In this document: positions 60,304-64,000 of the stretch, in pieces
Numbering within the stretch: the first letter of the stretch is position 1
How the letters are laid out: each line of letters begins with the position of its first letter
Origin: an uncultured Verrucomicrobiae bacterium
Lineage (GTDB): Bacteria; Verrucomicrobiota; Verrucomicrobiia; Limisphaerales; Palsa-1400
Direction of reading: 5' to 3'
NCBI GenBank assembly: GCA_963702845.1
Contig: OY969763.1
Location: 1,248,001-1,312,000, forward strand
Length of the DNA stretch: 64,000 nt
Notes under the pieces: generated by a model
What the model was told of the DNA's origin: nothing
The model's input: the letters and a program-made list of their open reading frames with translations, nothing else
Databases searched by the model: none
Position numbers and translations under genes: made by a program

Positions 60304-62597
60304 TTCGGTGACTCTTTGCGATTGAGGCGAAACATTACCGCGCAAGCAAACAGCCCGATTCCGGACAGCGCCGCGCCGGCGTAAAACGAGTTGCTGCGAT
60401 AAACAAATCGGATCGCATGTTTCCCCGCGGGAACTTCGATTGCCTGAAACGCTTCGTTCGCCCGGAGCACCGGGACACCCTTGCCGTCAACGAACGCATT
60501 CCAGTTGTGGTCGTAGGTTTGCGCCACCACGAACATCGTCCTGCGCGTGGCTTCCACTTCATATCGCTGTTCGTGCGTGCTCACCTTCTGCTTGATCACG
60601 CGAGCTGACTCATCGCGCGCAGCTGGCAGGTTTTTCAACTCCACCGGTAACAACACCGTTTCTCGTGGTTTAAAATTGCGCAGCAATTCCAATGTCGTTG
60701 TTTCATCCGCAAACACCGGTTGCTGTCCGACGGTGGCAAACGGCATGGCGTTGTCGGACGAATCCCACGCAAACAGATGCTGGTCTGATGTCACTTGTGA
60801 CACCCCTAGAAACTCAGACAGAGGTAGAGGTAAGTTCTCTGAGTAGAGCAGCTGTGTCACCGCTGCTTGCTCGCGAAAATGCAACGAATAAAACCCGTTC
60901 ACCTTCGGAATACATGTGTAGTCCACCGCATTGGTCCTGCCGCAGTCCAGCAGGTTGCAATTGCCGAACAACTCCAGCCGTTGCCCCATATACATATTGA
61001 GCGGATTAGGATGCGCCGAGTTCTCCATGATTATCTGCACGGGCAACGAAATCATCGCTCGCGATTCGCCGAGATTCGGAATGGTCTTCATTTGCGGTAA
61101 CCGCCGCTCGTACGCTGCGGTGATGACCGTTGGGTTCTGACTGGGCACGTGAAAGCAAACGTCGAGGCCAAACACCAACAGCGCGCCAAACAAACAAACG
61201 ATCTTTGTCTCTCGATTCAGCGACTTGCTGGCCAGGCTTAGCAAGCCAATCGCAGCCAACAACGCAACCAGTCGCAATGCCCCATTGATGCAAACTGCCG
61301 ATCGATATTTGTCCGACATGAGAAGCACAGCGAAAAGAATCGCAATCACCGGAATGCAAATGACAAACCCGACCTTTACGCTAATTCGCGTATCCATTCG
61401 TGATTGCAGATAAGCCGCTCCCGCTGCCCCGAGCAGGGGAAGTGCGAAGACCGTCAGCACGATATATTTGATTGGGTAGCGAATGAATCCAAGCATTGGC
61501 ACCGCGGTTTTCAACAACTTGAGCACGATCCCTGCATCACCCATCGCAAACACAATTCCAACGAGCGCAGCGACCAGAAGCAGCATCGTCTTCAATTTCC
61601 GGGTTTTGACGAGGGCGATCGCCGCTAGCAACAGCACGCCGAGACCGACGTAGTAGGAAGCGGTCCATTGTTGTTGATCTTGTGTCCAAACCCCAGCGAC
61701 CGATGGCGTGGAGCGAAAAAGCGGGACAAAAAAGTTGGCAATACCCGCCAACGGCATCGACCATGTGCTCGCGTCAAACGAACTGTTGCGATCGCCGTGT
61801 TTTAGTAAATCGACTGTCGGTAGCAGTTGCGCGGCACTTAGGACCGCGACTAGCATGACGCAGCCACACATCACCGACGTGTCGATCCAGCACCAACGCT
61901 TTCTTTGCCACGCGGCGGCGATGAACCAGCCGAAGATGATGAGCCAAGTGAACAGAATGAACTCGGGCGAGCCGGTCAGCATCTGGCACGCGCCCGCGAG
62001 GGCTGCCCAGACAAAGTCGCGTCGAGGGTTTTTCCAGGCGCGTTCACAGAGCAGAACGACCCACGGCATCCAGGCGAGTGCCACGAGGTTGCAAGGCCAC
62101 ATGATGCATTGGAGCGACAGCCCGTTCCAAGCGAACGCGAGTCCGGCGACCGTTGCGCCGAACCGGCTACCGAACAATCGGTAGGCGAGTTTGTACATCC
62201 CGACGGCGGCGAAGAACAGGTGTGCGAACAGGAAGGCGTTCATCGACCATGGCATTGGGAACGCGATGTAAATGAGCGACCCGGGATAGAGCGCCATCGT
62301 GTTCCATTGGGCGAGGAACGGTATGCCGCAATTGCTGTAAGGATTCCACAACGGCATTTCACCGTGCGAGAACGCGTTCTTGATGTAATAGGCCGCCGGA
62401 TAGCCAAACAGACCGGCATCACGATAGAAGAACGCGTGGCTGCCCAGAATAATTTCCGGGAAGCGACAGAGCATCATCAGCGCCAAAACGAGACACAAAC
62501 GTCCTGGAGTAAAAATCTCATCGACACCCGAAAAGGAAACAGGGTCTTCGGGAATTGGTTGTCTAGCCGCACGGCTGACGTGCTGCTCGTGGTGCAC
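60285..62597 (-). CDS. YfhO-family / GT-C membrane protein
   Basis: PLWNPY..CG.PFLA, many TM helices, C-terminal W.A.VDGK...RAN....I.VP.GKH. Confidence 0.88.
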   Translation of the reverse strand: MHHEQHVSRAARQPIPEDPVSFSGVDEIFTPGRLCLVLALMMLCRFPEIILGSHAFFYRDAGLFGYPAAYYIKNAFSHGEMPLWNPYSNCGIPFLAQWNTMALYPGSLIYIAFPMPWSMNAFLFAHLFFAAVGMYKLAYRLFGSRFGATVAGLAFAWNGLSLQCIMWPCNLVALAWMPWVVLLCERAWKNPRRDFVWAALAGACQMLTGSPEFILFTWLIIFGWFIAAAWQRKRWCWIDTSVMCGCVMLVAVLSAAQLLPTVDLLKHGDRNSSFDASTWSMPLAGIANFFVPLFRSTPSVAGVWTQDQQQWTASYYVGLGVLLLAAIALVKTRKLKTMLLLVAALVGIVFAMGDAGIVLKLLKTAVPMLGFIRYPIKYIVLTVFALPLLGAAGAAYLQSRMDTRISVKVGFVICIPVIAILFAVLLMSDKYRSAVCINGALRLVALLAAIGLLSLASKSLNRETKIVCLFGALLVFGLDVCFHVPSQNPTVITAAYERRLPQMKTIPNLGESRAMISLPVQIIMENSAHPNPLNMYMGQRLELFGNCNLLDCGRTNAVDYTCIPKVNGFYSLHFREQAAVTQLLYSENLPLPLSEFLGVSQVTSDQHLFAWDSSDNAMPFATVGQQPVFADETTTLELLRNFKPRETVLLPVELKNLPAARDESARVIKQKVSTHEQRYEVEATRRTMFVVAQTYDHNWNAFVDGKGVPVLRANEAFQAIEVPAGKHAIRFVYRSNSFYAGAALSGIGLFACAVMFRLNRKESPNYIDSK

Positions 62598-62627
62598 GCC
62601 TCATTAACGGCAAATTTCGCGGGCGCG

Positions 62628-64000
62628 TCAATGTGCAATCTGATAAACGCGTAGCGCCTTGGGAAAGGAATTGTTAGCGCGCAGCATGTCGAAGCTGCTG
62701 ATTAAAACAAAATCGGACGGATGCTGTTCGAGCGCCGCACGCAATATTTCAAAGTGTTTGGTTTGATATTCCTTGGGCACGGATTCGTCGAAGATGATGT
62801 AATCGACTGAATCCTTTTTCAGCAAAGTGGCGAGTTGGTCTGCGGTGGAGTATTCAGCACCAGTTTTGTCGGCCATTTTTTTTGCGTAGGTGAGGTGGTA
62901 AGCCCCACCTTCCCAGGTGCTGGCTGCGAGTTTTTTGCTGGCGCGTTGAACGAAGTGTCCCGGTCGCTTTTCGCGCATCGCGACTTCGCTGATGAACATG
63001 CCTTCGCCACGAGCGTCGGAGGCAACGAGAAGCACGGAATGCGGAGCGCTTGTTTTGATGAGGTCGTCGGCTACTGCTCTAAAACCGGCGTAGCCCTTGC
63101 GCGGTATGTGAAAGACGGTGAAGACAAAAACCACTGCAATAAAGCTGAACACAATCGCAGAAGTTTTTAAGAGCGACAGGCGAGGGGACGTGAGTTGGGT
63201 CGCAACCCAATTCGCACCAGTCCACGCAAAGTAAATGAGCGCCGGAACCGCCGGAATCAAATGACGCGCTTCAAACCCGGTCGGCACCAGCATGTGGAAG
63301 AAGACGATGCTCAGGAACAGCGCACCGAGTGCCGCATTTACCGAGGTCATCATGGATCGGCGGGCCAGCGTAAACGCCAGCCCAATCAGGCTCGCCAGCA
63401 ACAGGGTGAACCCGCACAACGCCGCGAGCTTACCGGCGTAATACGGAATGGCGACATGCGTGAATGACCACCCAAAAGCTTCGCCGGCCATTCCTTCCCG
63501 TGCGATTTTCAGCGTGGCAATCGTCCACGGTCCGGCAATGACAACAACGACAATGGCCGACGCCCAAAACGCGCGCGTTTTTAGCAGAGAAAATTTTCGT
63601 GTCAGCAAGAGCGAGAAAATGGGTACGAGTGCGAGGCTGAATCCGGAGAACTTCACGAGAATTGCGATCGCAGCAAATAGTCCGAACAAGATTGAGTCTT
63701 TGATGCGCTCACTTTCCAGAAATCGCGCCCAAAACAGGACAGCGATGAGCAGCAGAAAAGTCATCGGAATCTCAGTCATCACCGCCGAAGCGAATTGCTG
63801 GACGAGCGGCACGTAGAGGAATAACAAAGTTCCTGCTAACGCTTTCCACGCGCCGAACTTTGGTCGCAAGGATTTAAACAGAAACGTGGCTGCGCCGCCG
63901 GTCAGCACCGCCATTAGTAACATGATGGAGACGCGCGTTGGTGAAAAAATCAGCGTCCAAACTGATTGGATGATGTAGAACATCGGCGGCCAATGGCCGA
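62628..64000 (-). CDS. GT-C (ArnT/PMT-like) glycosyltransferase, 5' end outside the window
   Basis: GHWPPMFY, MTEIP, ILVK and ARHLIP motifs; many TM helices; frame open to the right edge. Confidence 0.82.
   Translation of the reverse strand, partial: GHWPPMFYIIQSVWTLIFSPTRVSIMLLMAVLTGGAATFLFKSLRPKFGAWKALAGTLLFLYVPLVQQFASAVMTEIPMTFLLLIAVLFWARFLESERIKDSILFGLFAAIAILVKFSGFSLALVPIFSLLLTRKFSLLKTRAFWASAIVVVVIAGPWTIATLKIAREGMAGEAFGWSFTHVAIPYYAGKLAALCGFTLLLASLIGLAFTLARRSMMTSVNAALGALFLSIVFFHMLVPTGFEARHLIPAVPALIYFAWTGANWVATQLTSPRLSLLKTSAIVFSFIAVVFVFTVFHIPRKGYAGFRAVADDLIKTSAPHSVLLVASDARGEGMFISEVAMREKRPGHFVQRASKKLAASTWEGGAYHLTYAKKMADKTGAEYSTADQLATLLKKDSVDYIIFDESVPKEYQTKHFEILRAALEQHPSDFVLISSFDMLRANNSFPKALRVYQIAH

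Overview
Bacterial chromosomal DNA of moderately high GC. Gene style points to Verrucomicrobiota, probably Pedosphaera-like (ECF sigma with a C-terminal extension, an 'RFYRL' C-terminal domain, W-x-x-x-DP-x-AA repeats); this assignment is inference. Most of the window is ordinary core and catabolic genes: ruvB, korAB-like oxidoreductase, sulfatases, a Gld-type ABC system, bioB, a histidinol phosphatase, cls, FKBP, a vapBC pair, GH78, GH172 and GT-C enzymes. The segment at about 21.3-25.1 kb is full of single-base indels, most likely an unpolished assembly. The most interesting part is an accessory island at about 49.8-56.7 kb. It holds three copies of an attI-like site, each ending in GTTRRRY directly in front of one small gene. 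Two of those genes end in an exactly complementary RYYYAAC box followed by a truncated attC and a second conserved 31-bp site. The island also has three diverged copies of the 3' end of a gene absent from the window, and an array of 21-bp palindromic repeats upstream of an uncharacterised gene. No integrase, transposase, rRNA, tRNA or CRISPR array was recognised. All alignments and counts were done by eye.
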